Virus record (IMG/VR): IMGVR_UViG_3300043425_001539
Coordinates: 124,001-188,000 of that record
Strand: one strand, 5' to 3'
DNA: 64,000 nt
The translations under genes and the position numbers were made by a program. The notes beneath the pieces were generated by a model. It was not told where the DNA came from and did not search any database. It worked only from the letters and a program-made list of their open reading frames with translations. This document shows positions 49,800 through 57,334 of the stretch, one piece after another (position 1 is the first letter of the stretch; each line of letters starts with the position of its first letter).

Positions 49800-49919
49800 C
49801 TAAGGTCCAGTATCTGGCCACGTAGACGGTTGTTGAACACAACCAATAACACCAACCGGTGTAGCAACTGTTTTGCTTGTTGCTTTTGAAATTTTAGCTG
49901 ATGTGATTTGTTGTTTCAT
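49800..49919 (-). CDS. Putative attenuator leader peptide (39 aa, not in ORF track)
   Basis: MKQQITSAKISKATSKTVATPVGVIGCVQQPSTWPDTGP*. Its last codons contain CUGGACCUU, complementary to the 5' arm of the downstream terminator. Confidence 0.7.
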   Translation of the reverse strand: MKQQITSAKISKATSKTVATPVGVIGCVQQPSTWPDTGP

Positions 49920-49938
49920 ATTTTTAATTTTAATTTAG

Positions 49939-50010
49939 TGGCGGGGCCGGGAATCGAACCCGAACCTCCAGGTTATGAGCCTGGCGAACTACCGTTATTA
50001 CCACCCCGCA
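49939..50010 (-). tRNA. tRNA-Met(CAT), initiator-like
   Basis: TGCGGGG/CCCCGCC acceptor with a 1:72 mismatch, CCAGG-CTCATAA-CCTGG anticodon arm, TTCGATT T-loop; weak D-stem. Confidence 0.8.
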
Positions 50011-50019
50011 ATGTTTTAG

Positions 50020-50094
50020 AGATCATAGAAAGAATCGAACTTTCGCTTACCGGCGCGGACGCCCTTTCCGGCTTTCTACCAACAGAATATGGTC
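50020..50094 (-). ncRNA. tRNA-like RNA lacking a canonical anticodon loop
   Basis: GACCATA/TATGATC acceptor, TTCT-GTTGGT-AGAA D-arm and GAAAG-TTCGATT-CTTTC T-arm; the anticodon arm GCCGG/CCGGT closes a 14-nt loop. Confidence 0.6.
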
Positions 50095-50116
50095 AATTTT
50101 TACTATTATATATTTT

Positions 50117-50240
50117 TTCTTTTCTTGAGAATTTTAACCAAAGGCGTTAAGAAAGGGGGAAAGCAAATTTCAGTGTTAAAACCTATATTGCTTAGTAGAG
50201 CTATATTGAAGTAACCATCGGTACCGCTTCAAGAAAAGAA
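50117..50240 (-). ncRNA. Y RNA-like element 3 (larger variable domain)
   Basis: UUCUUUUCUUGA-AGCGG-UACCGAUGGU-UACUUCAA...GCCUUUGGU-UAAAAUUC-UCAAGAAAAGAA. Confidence 0.7.
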
Positions 50241-50292
50241 TTTTTTAAAGAACGTTTGTAGATATAATATACACAAGATAATAAATAGTTTT
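50241..50292 (-). promoter_or_regulatory. Promoter and leader of the Y3-tRNA-attenuator unit
   Basis: Duplicate of 47432-47482. Confidence 0.7.
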
Positions 50293-50309
50293 CAGAAAAT
50301 AAAAAATAT

Positions 50310-50525
50310 TTATTTATTTTTTGTGCTTTCTGCTATGATATAAAAAATGTATTTAATCATAACAAAAATATACGGCATGCAAGCTGCAATTCCCAATTTT
50401 AGATGCCATATTTGGTACCCAAACATATAAGAAAAACCGGCCAAAACTCCTAAAAAGAGTGGGAGAAATATTACATAAATAATAAAATATGCCTCCCACT
50501 GTAATCTATCAAAGAATAATTTCAT
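50310..50525 (-). CDS. Small membrane protein
   Basis: Two predicted transmembrane segments. Confidence 0.55.
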   Translation of the reverse strand: MKLFFDRLQWEAYFIIYVIFLPLFLGVLAGFSYMFGYQIWHLKLGIAACMPYIFVMIKYIFYIIAESTKNK

Positions 50526-50542
50526 ATATTTTTATATTTTTA

Positions 50543-51091
50543 TTACCACAATCCATCAGAACTTTTAATATCCTTGACTTTAGACAAATCCCAATCAAAA
50601 TCTGAATGAACTTTAGATTTACTAAATATGCCTTTCATATATCTGACATTTCTAATATCCCAATTTCTTAGATTACCATCAAAAGGAGTATCATAAAACA
50701 TAGATGCCATGTTGGTTACTTTACTAACATTCCACCCGCTAACGTCACCCTTAAAAGGTGTCCCTTCAAACATACCTTCCATGTTGGTTACATTGCTAAC
50801 GTCCCATTCGCTAATGTCACCTTTAAAATCTGACCCATAAAACATGTAGGACATATTTTTTACATTACTAACATTCCATTCGCTAATGTTGCCATTAAAA
50901 GGCATTTCTGCAAATAAGAATGACATGTCTTTAATTCGCGAAACATCAACATGACTTAAATCTGCATTAGGCCCAAATTTAGCTATTTCATTTTCAATTA
51001 TCGACTCTAAAGATTTCCGATCTATTGCATAAATAACTTTGTTTTGAGCAGCTTCGTTAAGAAACTGATCGAAAGATTTTAAATTTTTCAT
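50543..51091 (-). CDS. BspA-type / DUF285 leucine-rich repeat protein with N-terminal tag
   Basis: 24-aa repeats FNGxISxWNVSNVxNMxxMF; N-terminus MKNLKSFDQFLNEA. Confidence 0.85.
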   Translation of the reverse strand: MKNLKSFDQFLNEAAQNKVIYAIDRKSLESIIENEIAKFGPNADLSHVDVSRIKDMSFLFAEMPFNGNISEWNVSNVKNMSYMFYGSDFKGDISEWDVSNVTNMEGMFEGTPFKGDVSGWNVSKVTNMASMFYDTPFDGNLRNWDIRNVRYMKGIFSKSKVHSDFDWDLSKVKDIKSSDGLW

Positions 51092-51095
51092 TTTT

Positions 51096-51872
51096 TTAAA
51101 TTTTTATATGTTTCAGACCATACATTCTATCTACATTATCAGCCTTTGATAAATTCCATTGACTAATATCGCCTTTAAACTTAGAGTCTAAGAACATTAT
51201 AAATACATCTCTGACATTGCTAACGTCCCATTTGCTAATGTCGCCGTTAAATCGAGATTCTGCAAACATGTGCGTCATATCTCTAACTTTGCTAACATTC
51301 CACTTGCTGATGTCACCGTTAAAAGTTGTCTTTTGAAACATGTGCGACATATCAATAACTTTGCTGACATCCCACTTGCTGATGTCGCCATTAAATTTAG
51401 ACCCTTCAAACAATGATGACATCATTTCAACATTACTTACATCCCATTGACTAATGTCGCCGTTAAATTTAGAATATGCAAACATATCAGACATATCACG
51501 TACATTGCTTACATCCCACTTGCTAACATCGCCGTTAAACGAAGAATGACGAAACATTCCCCACACAGTGCGAGCATTACTAACATTCCACTTGCTAACA
51601 TCGCCGTTAAATTTTGAGAATGCAAATGTATCATTAAAATTAGTAACATTGCTTACATCCCACTTGCTAACGTCGCCGTTAAATTTTGTACCTGAAAAAG
51701 CGGCGCTTATATCGGTTAGACCTGAAACATCAATGTGATTTAAGTCAGCATTTGGTCCTAGCAATTGAATTTCTTTTAAAATAATTGGTTTTAATTCTTT
51801 TGCGTTCTTTGGGACAATAATTTCGCGTTCTGCTTCATTAAGAAACTGATCAAATGTTTTTAAATTTTTCAT
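51096..51872 (-). CDS. BspA-type / DUF285 LRR protein with N-terminal tag
   Basis: Tandem 24-aa FNGDVSKWDVSNV repeats; N-terminus MKNLKTFDQFLNEA. Confidence 0.85.
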   Translation of the reverse strand: MKNLKTFDQFLNEAEREIIVPKNAKELKPIILKEIQLLGPNADLNHIDVSGLTDISAAFSGTKFNGDVSKWDVSNVTNFNDTFAFSKFNGDVSKWNVSNARTVWGMFRHSSFNGDVSKWDVSNVRDMSDMFAYSKFNGDISQWDVSNVEMMSSLFEGSKFNGDISKWDVSKVIDMSHMFQKTTFNGDISKWNVSKVRDMTHMFAESRFNGDISKWDVSNVRDVFIMFLDSKFKGDISQWNLSKADNVDRMYGLKHIKI

Positions 51873-51897
51873 TTACTATGTTTTTTTTTATATATAT

Positions 51898-52737
51898 TTA
51901 GTTAAACAAATCTTCTTTAGACGTTACGTCTCGCAGATTTGTCAAATTCCACATATGAACACTTCTTTTAAATTTAGATCCTTGGAAGATACTTTCAATG
52001 TATTGCACTTGTCTTACGTCCCACTTACTAATGTCTTGATTAAATGATGAGCCATTAAACATAAAACTCATATTTTCTACATTGCTAACGTTCCATTTGC
52101 CGATGTTTTGATTAAATCGAGAGTCAGCAAACATCCATTGCATATCGGTAACATTTAATACATTCCAATTGCCGATGTCTTGATTAAATTTCGATAACCT
52201 AAACATATATGACATATCAGTTACTCGTCTTACGTTCCACTTGCTGATGTCACCGTTAAATTGTGATTCCGTAAACATTCCACGCATCAGCTCTACATTA
52301 CTCACGTTCCAACCACTGATATCTCCTTTAAATTTGGAATCTTTGAACATATTAGACATATCAATGACATTACCAACATCCCATTTGCTGATATCTTTAT
52401 TGAACTCTGATCCTTCAAACATACCTGACATATCTTTTACTTTGCCAACATTCCACTTGCTGATGTCACTATTAAAATGAGAATACAAAAACATATTTTT
52501 CATAGAAGTAACATTGCTAACATCCCACTTGCTGATATTGCCTTTAAATTGTGACCCTTCAAACAAGGATACCATGTTGGTAACTTGCGAAACGTCAATA
52601 TGATTCAGATCTGCTTTAGGTCCAAGTCTAGCAATTTCGCTTTCTACTATATCCTTTAAAGTTTGTCGATCTTTAGCAATAATAGTTTCTTGTGTAGCTT
52701 CATTAAGAAAATGTTCAAAAGTTTTTAAATTTTTCAT
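51898..52737 (-). CDS. BspA-type / DUF285 LRR protein with N-terminal tag
   Basis: Tandem 24-aa repeats; N-terminus MKNLKTFEHFLNEA. Confidence 0.85.
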   Translation of the reverse strand: MKNLKTFEHFLNEATQETIIAKDRQTLKDIVESEIARLGPKADLNHIDVSQVTNMVSLFEGSQFKGNISKWDVSNVTSMKNMFLYSHFNSDISKWNVGKVKDMSGMFEGSEFNKDISKWDVGNVIDMSNMFKDSKFKGDISGWNVSNVELMRGMFTESQFNGDISKWNVRRVTDMSYMFRLSKFNQDIGNWNVLNVTDMQWMFADSRFNQNIGKWNVSNVENMSFMFNGSSFNQDISKWDVRQVQYIESIFQGSKFKRSVHMWNLTNLRDVTSKEDLFN

Positions 52738-52770
52738 TTACTATGTTTTTATTAATTTTAATATTGCACA

Positions 52771-53442
52771 TTATTTTTTTGCATATGAAGAGATTTTCCA
52801 ATTTGAAGTATCCCCCTTGAAAGCTGAGTTATTAAACATGTCGGTCATATCCTCAACCTTACTAACATTCCACTTGCTGATATCTTGATTAAATTCTGAA
52901 GATTGAAACATTCCAGCCATATCATAAACATTACCTACATTCCATTTGCTGATGTCTTTGTTAAATCTTGAGTCTTGAAACATCCAAGACATATCAGTAA
53001 CATTACTAACATTCCACTTGCTGATATCTTGATTAAATTCTGAATAAGCAAACATACCAGTCATAACTTTTACGTTGCTTACATTCCACCTGCTGATATC
53101 TTGATTAAATTCTGATGATGCAAACATATAGGCCATTAATCGAACATTCCGAACATTCCATCCTGAAATGTTACCATTAAAGACTGACTCCTGAAACATA
53201 TAGGACATGTTTTCAACTTGACTAACATCCCATTTACTTATGTTGCCGTTAAAATCTGAATTTTTAAACAACCCCGACATATCTTTAACTTTTGATACAT
53301 CAATATGATTTAAATCCGCCGTAGAACCTTGTGTTTTGATTGCATCTTCAATTAGCTTTATTAAATCTGCTTTATCTTTAGCAATAATTGTTGTGCCTGC
53401 TGCTTCATTAAGAAACTGCTCAAAGGTTTTAAAATTTTTCAT
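52771..53442 (-). CDS. BspA-type / DUF285 LRR protein with N-terminal tag
   Basis: Tandem 24-aa repeats; N-terminus MKNFKTFEQFLNEA. Confidence 0.85.
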   Translation of the reverse strand: MKNFKTFEQFLNEAAGTTIIAKDKADLIKLIEDAIKTQGSTADLNHIDVSKVKDMSGLFKNSDFNGNISKWDVSQVENMSYMFQESVFNGNISGWNVRNVRLMAYMFASSEFNQDISRWNVSNVKVMTGMFAYSEFNQDISKWNVSNVTDMSWMFQDSRFNKDISKWNVGNVYDMAGMFQSSEFNQDISKWNVSKVEDMTDMFNNSAFKGDTSNWKISSYAKK

Positions 53443-53554
53443 TTACTTTGTTTTTTTATACTTCAATTCGGGTATTTACAAATATTATATACTACTTTTT
53501 CCAAAAGTTCTTAAAATATAAATATTATTTTTACCGATAGTTTTATTTTTTAAA

Positions 53555-53851
53555 TTAATTTGAAGATTCTTCTGTCTCTTCAACAACTTGTTTTTTTTCT
53601 TTTTGGATTTGATTCACAATGTATCCCGCAACCGCAAATTCAGCCCCTGCCCATAGCACTGCATCAGATGCTGTTAATTTTTCTACATTTTCATAAAAAA
53701 ACCAAACCATTCCTGATTGGCCAATTATAAATGCAATACTTGATTCTATTCTTTTTTTGGAAAAAAAGGATTCTTTTGATGTGTATATAAATCCTATTTC
53801 TTGTATAAACCATTTGATATTAGTCCAACCAAAAAACCATTTTTTGTTCAT
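53555..53851 (-). CDS. Small membrane protein (possible holin)
   Basis: SKKRIES followed by two hydrophobic segments and a charged tail; GATATATA upstream at 53880-53887. Confidence 0.45.
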   Translation of the reverse strand: MNKKWFFGWTNIKWFIQEIGFIYTSKESFFSKKRIESSIAFIIGQSGMVWFFYENVEKLTASDAVLWAGAEFAVAGYIVNQIQKEKKQVVEETEESSN

Positions 53852-53913
53852 TTTACATAGGCATATTTTTTAATTACTTTATATATCCATAAATGTATAA
53901 TGAACAAAGCATA

Positions 53914-54189
53914 TTATGATTGATACACTTCTTTGTAAATTTCGGCTAATTTAGTATAATCAGCAACTCCATATATACGAGTGGCAACGTCGCCGTTTTT
54001 AATAAAAACTGTATGTGGAACGCTTTTAATGTTATATTTACGCGCCAGCTCAAAATTTGCATCTTCATCAATATCCAAATCTTGAATCTCTACAGTATTT
54101 TGGTATTCTTCAGAAAATTTTTGAAATGAAGGTGCCATTGCTTTACAAGGTCCGCACCAGCTGGCAGAAAATTTAATAATCTTATTCAT
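53914..54189 (-). CDS. trxA: Thioredoxin
   Basis: FSASWCGPCK active site; IKSVP. Confidence 0.9.
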   Translation of the reverse strand: MNKIIKFSASWCGPCKAMAPSFQKFSEEYQNTVEIQDLDIDEDANFELARKYNIKSVPHTVFIKNGDVATRIYGVADYTKLAEIYKEVYQS

Positions 54190-54391
54190 ATTCATTCTTT
54201 AAATTTATATAAATCTTAACTTTTTCGTTTTCTTTTGCCGTCATAAACTCGTTATAAATCATTAATGAAAACTCATCTTTAAAAATTAATGAATCCGGGT
54301 TGACTATGTAATTTTTAAAAAAATTATACTCGCTGTTCTTTGCGCATTGAATAATTTTCTCAGTATCTAAAATTCTTTTATTAAATCCCAT
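54182..54391 (-). CDS. Hypothetical protein
   Basis: MGFNKRI start; coupled to thioredoxin. Confidence 0.55.
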   Translation of the reverse strand: MGFNKRILDTEKIIQCAKNSEYNFFKNYIVNPDSLIFKDEFSLMIYNEFMTAKENEKVKIYINLKNEYE

Positions 54392-54402
54392 AATCTTGTT
54401 AG

Positions 54403-54530
54403 TTAAAAATCTGTTTGTGTGCTTTGTAGACGTTTATCCCAAAAAAAGTTAGCATTCTGTATTTCATAATATATAGCTTTATTTTAGGCATTAATCTCTG
54501 ATATACACCAATCCTCAAACAGATTTTTAA
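54403..54530 (-). ncRNA. Putative rod-shaped structured RNA or leader
   Basis: Perfect 15-bp terminal inverted repeat TTAAAAATCTGTTTG/CAAACAGATTTTTAA plus inner helix GGUGUAUAUC/GAUAAACGUC; starts 6 nt after GATATATA. Confidence 0.5.
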
Positions 54531-54547
54531 TTTGTTTATATATCATA

Positions 54548-54817
54548 CTATTCTTGATTCAATTCTTTCATTCCACGGTGAATATCCTTGATAGTGTAAA
54601 TACCTTGTGGACTATTGTCAACAGGATAGACTTTTGTTTTTGGCGGCAAAAATTTTGCGATTGGTGATTTCCAATAAAAATTTTTATAGCCTCGGAAAGC
54701 AACCTCAACTATTTCCACATCATCATCGTCCAAAATATCTGAAATGTCCGTATCTTCATCAATTTTAATATCTAACAATGAATTATCTTTAATAATAACT
54801 GCGAATAGTGTACTCAT
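54548..54817 (-). CDS. Hypothetical protein
   Basis: 89-aa ORF. Confidence 0.55.
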   Translation of the reverse strand: MSTLFAVIIKDNSLLDIKIDEDTDISDILDDDDVEIVEVAFRGYKNFYWKSPIAKFLPPKTKVYPVDNSPQGIYTIKDIHRGMKELNQE

Positions 54818-54839
54818 ATTTATGTTTTTTAAATGTTAA

Positions 54840-55511
54840 TTAATGTTTTTTAACCGCATCTTTAACTCTGTTAATTAAGCTAGAAATTTCTTCGACATTA
54901 TCCACCGACCAAGCTTCTGTTTTTAGGATAACAAAACCTCCATCAGTACGGTCAAGACCTAAGTCTGAAACAACTTCTATGGTTAAAGTTTGATCTTCTC
55001 CATTAACGCAGTCGCCTTCCTGCCAAAATTCAAATTTTGCTGACATAAGTACTGCTTCTTGTGAATCTAAATCTTTTTTATTTTCTAAAGTATTATCCAT
55101 AATTTCTTCAGGTTTCTTTTTCATAATTAAACTATTCTGCCAGCTGCTTGTATCAAATCCTTCACCTAAATAAATAAAATGCTTGTCTTTTGATGACCAG
55201 TGTCCACACTGAGACTTTGATCTTATTAAAACAGGTTCATTTGCATAAGCAAAAGCTAATCCGTTTTCATTAACCGCAACATAATTGTATTGGTCAGGTA
55301 TGTCTTTTTCGGATAGCTGTTTAATCTTTCTTATGACAGAATGTTCCCAATTACTAGAGTCAAAGCCATAATCAATAAATTCCATTCCTTCTCCATACCA
55401 AATATCTGAAAAATGTCGTGGCACATCTTTAAATCCTTTAGCAAGACCGTCAGGATCAACAGCAGCCCATTCACAATTTTCAGGTATGTCCTGTTGTGAT
55501 AATTTTTTCAT
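54840..55511 (-). CDS. Hypothetical protein with two tandem ~63-aa repeats and an acidic C-terminal domain
   Basis: KKLSQQDIP..WAAVD..G.A and KQLSEKDIP..YVAVN..G.A repeats. Confidence 0.6.
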   Translation of the reverse strand: MKKLSQQDIPENCEWAAVDPDGLAKGFKDVPRHFSDIWYGEGMEFIDYGFDSSNWEHSVIRKIKQLSEKDIPDQYNYVAVNENGLAFAYANEPVLIRSKSQCGHWSSKDKHFIYLGEGFDTSSWQNSLIMKKKPEEIMDNTLENKKDLDSQEAVLMSAKFEFWQEGDCVNGEDQTLTIEVVSDLGLDRTDGGFVILKTEAWSVDNVEEISSLINRVKDAVKKH

Positions 55512-55531
55512 ATAAATAATTATTTAATTTG

Positions 55532-55825
55532 TTAAAGATCCCAACTCAAGATTAAAGTGTGTACAATTTCACCTTTATTGTTGCGCTCTTCTTTTTCATT
55601 TACCGTTATTCCATTATCTTTCAACTTTTGTATCAAAGAATTTTGAAAGCGCTTTTTGTCTGTGATCTGCAAAGAAGATGCATTCTTTTTAACAGCACTT
55701 AAACACAATTCAGCAATCTTTTCATAATTGATATTATTAAAAGATGGATTAGTGCCTTCTTCATTTTGCTTTTTAACAAGTTCAGTGCGCGCTTCTTTTA
55801 GTTGTTCAAACAGAGTTTTTTCCAT
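55532..55825 (-). CDS. Hypothetical protein
   Basis: 97-aa ORF. Confidence 0.55.
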   Translation of the reverse strand: MEKTLFEQLKEARTELVKKQNEEGTNPSFNNINYEKIAELCLSAVKKNASSLQITDKKRFQNSLIQKLKDNGITVNEKEERNNKGEIVHTLILSWDL

Positions 55826-55828
55826 AAT

Positions 55829-56182
55829 TTATATTTTGTTATTTTTTATAAAATCTTCTAGAATTTCATTTATGCAAGTACCGCCATCATAATAAACAGC
55901 AGTATAAGAAATGCTGCCATCTGCATTGGTGTGAAATACTTGTATGTCTTCATATGCAGCTTTAGAGATTTCTTTCTCAATCATCCAAATGGTATTATCT
56001 GAAAAATTAAAAATATAGTCTTCAAAATCTTCACACTCACTTGAATAATAATCATAATAAGTCACACCAGGAGGCAACCCTTCAGTTAACGGTCCAATCT
56101 GTTCTTTGCACCATTCTTCGATTGTCTTACCTTGTAAATTAATTTGTTTTAATTTTCCAATGTCTAATCTAGTTTCACTCAT
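55829..56182 (-). CDS. Hypothetical protein
   Basis: 117-aa ORF with YYDGGTC motif. Confidence 0.55.
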   Translation of the reverse strand: MSETRLDIGKLKQINLQGKTIEEWCKEQIGPLTEGLPPGVTYYDYYSSECEDFEDYIFNFSDNTIWMIEKEISKAAYEDIQVFHTNADGSISYTAVYYDGGTCINEILEDFIKNNKI

Positions 56183-56240
56183 ATTATTTAAAATTATAAA
56201 TTCTTCATTGTTTTGTCGATTAATTTTTTACTTATTAAAT

Positions 56241-56271
56241 AAAAAAATCTTGAATTTTACAACTCAAGATT
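56241..56271 (-). terminator. Probable intrinsic terminator
   Basis: aatcttga...tcaagatt inverted repeat with an A-tract on the plus strand. Confidence 0.55.
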
Positions 56272-56321
56272 ATTTAACTCCTTATTAAGGATATTTGGTA
56301 TTTTAGGGGTAGGCGTGTTTT

Positions 56322-56693
56322 TTAGTCTTGAGTAAAATCTTCAATCTTGTCATTGAAAGAAGATTGTTGATATGAAGATAAATTCTTAATTTCATCGCGT
56401 TTTCTTGGAGTTAACTCAATTACAGTGTACCCCATTCGGTAATACTTCTTTTCTGCTGCTGTCAAATTTTTATTACGGCGTTTTGCAACTTCTTTTAAAG
56501 CTTCTTTGTCATTACCTGTTTCCATAACATCGCCCCAAGTTCCTTTAACAAAAATTGGGTATGTTCTTTTAGTGCCAATTGAACCTCCGTAATAAACCAA
56601 AGCAAATTGGTCAGATAAATTTACTTCATTACCTTCGTTGAGAAATTCTTCCGATTCGTTGATAAAATTATCAAAGTTTTGAATATGTTTCAT
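56322..56693 (-). CDS. Hypothetical tagged protein
   Basis: N-terminus MKHIQNFDNFINESEEFLNE. Confidence 0.65.
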   Translation of the reverse strand: MKHIQNFDNFINESEEFLNEGNEVNLSDQFALVYYGGSIGTKRTYPIFVKGTWGDVMETGNDKEALKEVAKRRNKNLTAAEKKYYRMGYTVIELTPRKRDEIKNLSSYQQSSFNDKIEDFTQD

Positions 56694-56705
56694 ATTTGTG
56701 TTTTT

Positions 56706-57320
56706 TTATCCTACAATTGAAAAACTTAATTGATTTTCAGAAACTACCAAATTATAAACTTTATTAAATAGAGTCTCAACCTCACGTTTAATATCTGATT
56801 CAAGCTGTGCCCTACTTTTTTGTGCAAAGTATTGTTTTAGAGATGCTTGTTTAAAAATATTTGCAGTACTCCGGTAATTGCGTGCGCTTCCTACAAATGA
56901 AACATTGACAGTTCTAGTTTTTGCCGAAGGTATATTACTGATTTGCATGTCTTTTCCCAACTTAGATTTCACCAAATCATTGTTTGCATTTTGCATCACT
57001 GCATCAACAAATAGTTTCAATCCAGCTAAAAAATCGCCCATTTCGTTTGCATTAAAATACGGTCCGCTACCTTGAGAAACAATTGTGTATTTATCTCCCC
57101 AACCGCTTTCTGCTATGTCACTTGTTACTGCATCATACCTACCTGTGCTTATTTTGCTTGGAACGGCCATAACAGGTACTTTGCCTCCAGCATATTGGAT
57201 GGTAGCAGAATACCTTAAATCGCCGTATTCACCTACTCTCCATTGTGGCTTTCCTCCTGTCAAAGAAGCCTCGTTAAGATTTTCATTGATAAAATTATCA
57301 AAATTTTGAATGTGTTTCAT
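56706..57320 (-). CDS. Hypothetical tagged protein, paralogue of 15634..16248
   Basis: N-terminus MKHIQNFDNFINENLNEA. Confidence 0.65.
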   Translation of the reverse strand: MKHIQNFDNFINENLNEASLTGGKPQWRVGEYGDLRYSATIQYAGGKVPVMAVPSKISTGRYDAVTSDIAESGWGDKYTIVSQGSGPYFNANEMGDFLAGLKLFVDAVMQNANNDLVKSKLGKDMQISNIPSAKTRTVNVSFVGSARNYRSTANIFKQASLKQYFAQKSRAQLESDIKREVETLFNKVYNLVVSENQLSFSIVG

Positions 57321-57334
57321 ACTTGTGTTTTTTT

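Noticed and set aside
50020-50094. Intron-containing or selenocysteine tRNA
   Set aside because: The extra 7 nt is too short for a self-splicing intron, and there is no UCA anticodon or long variable arm.
49908-50150. 80-aa plus-strand ORF
   Set aside because: Antisense to tRNA-Met and the tRNA-like element; spurious.
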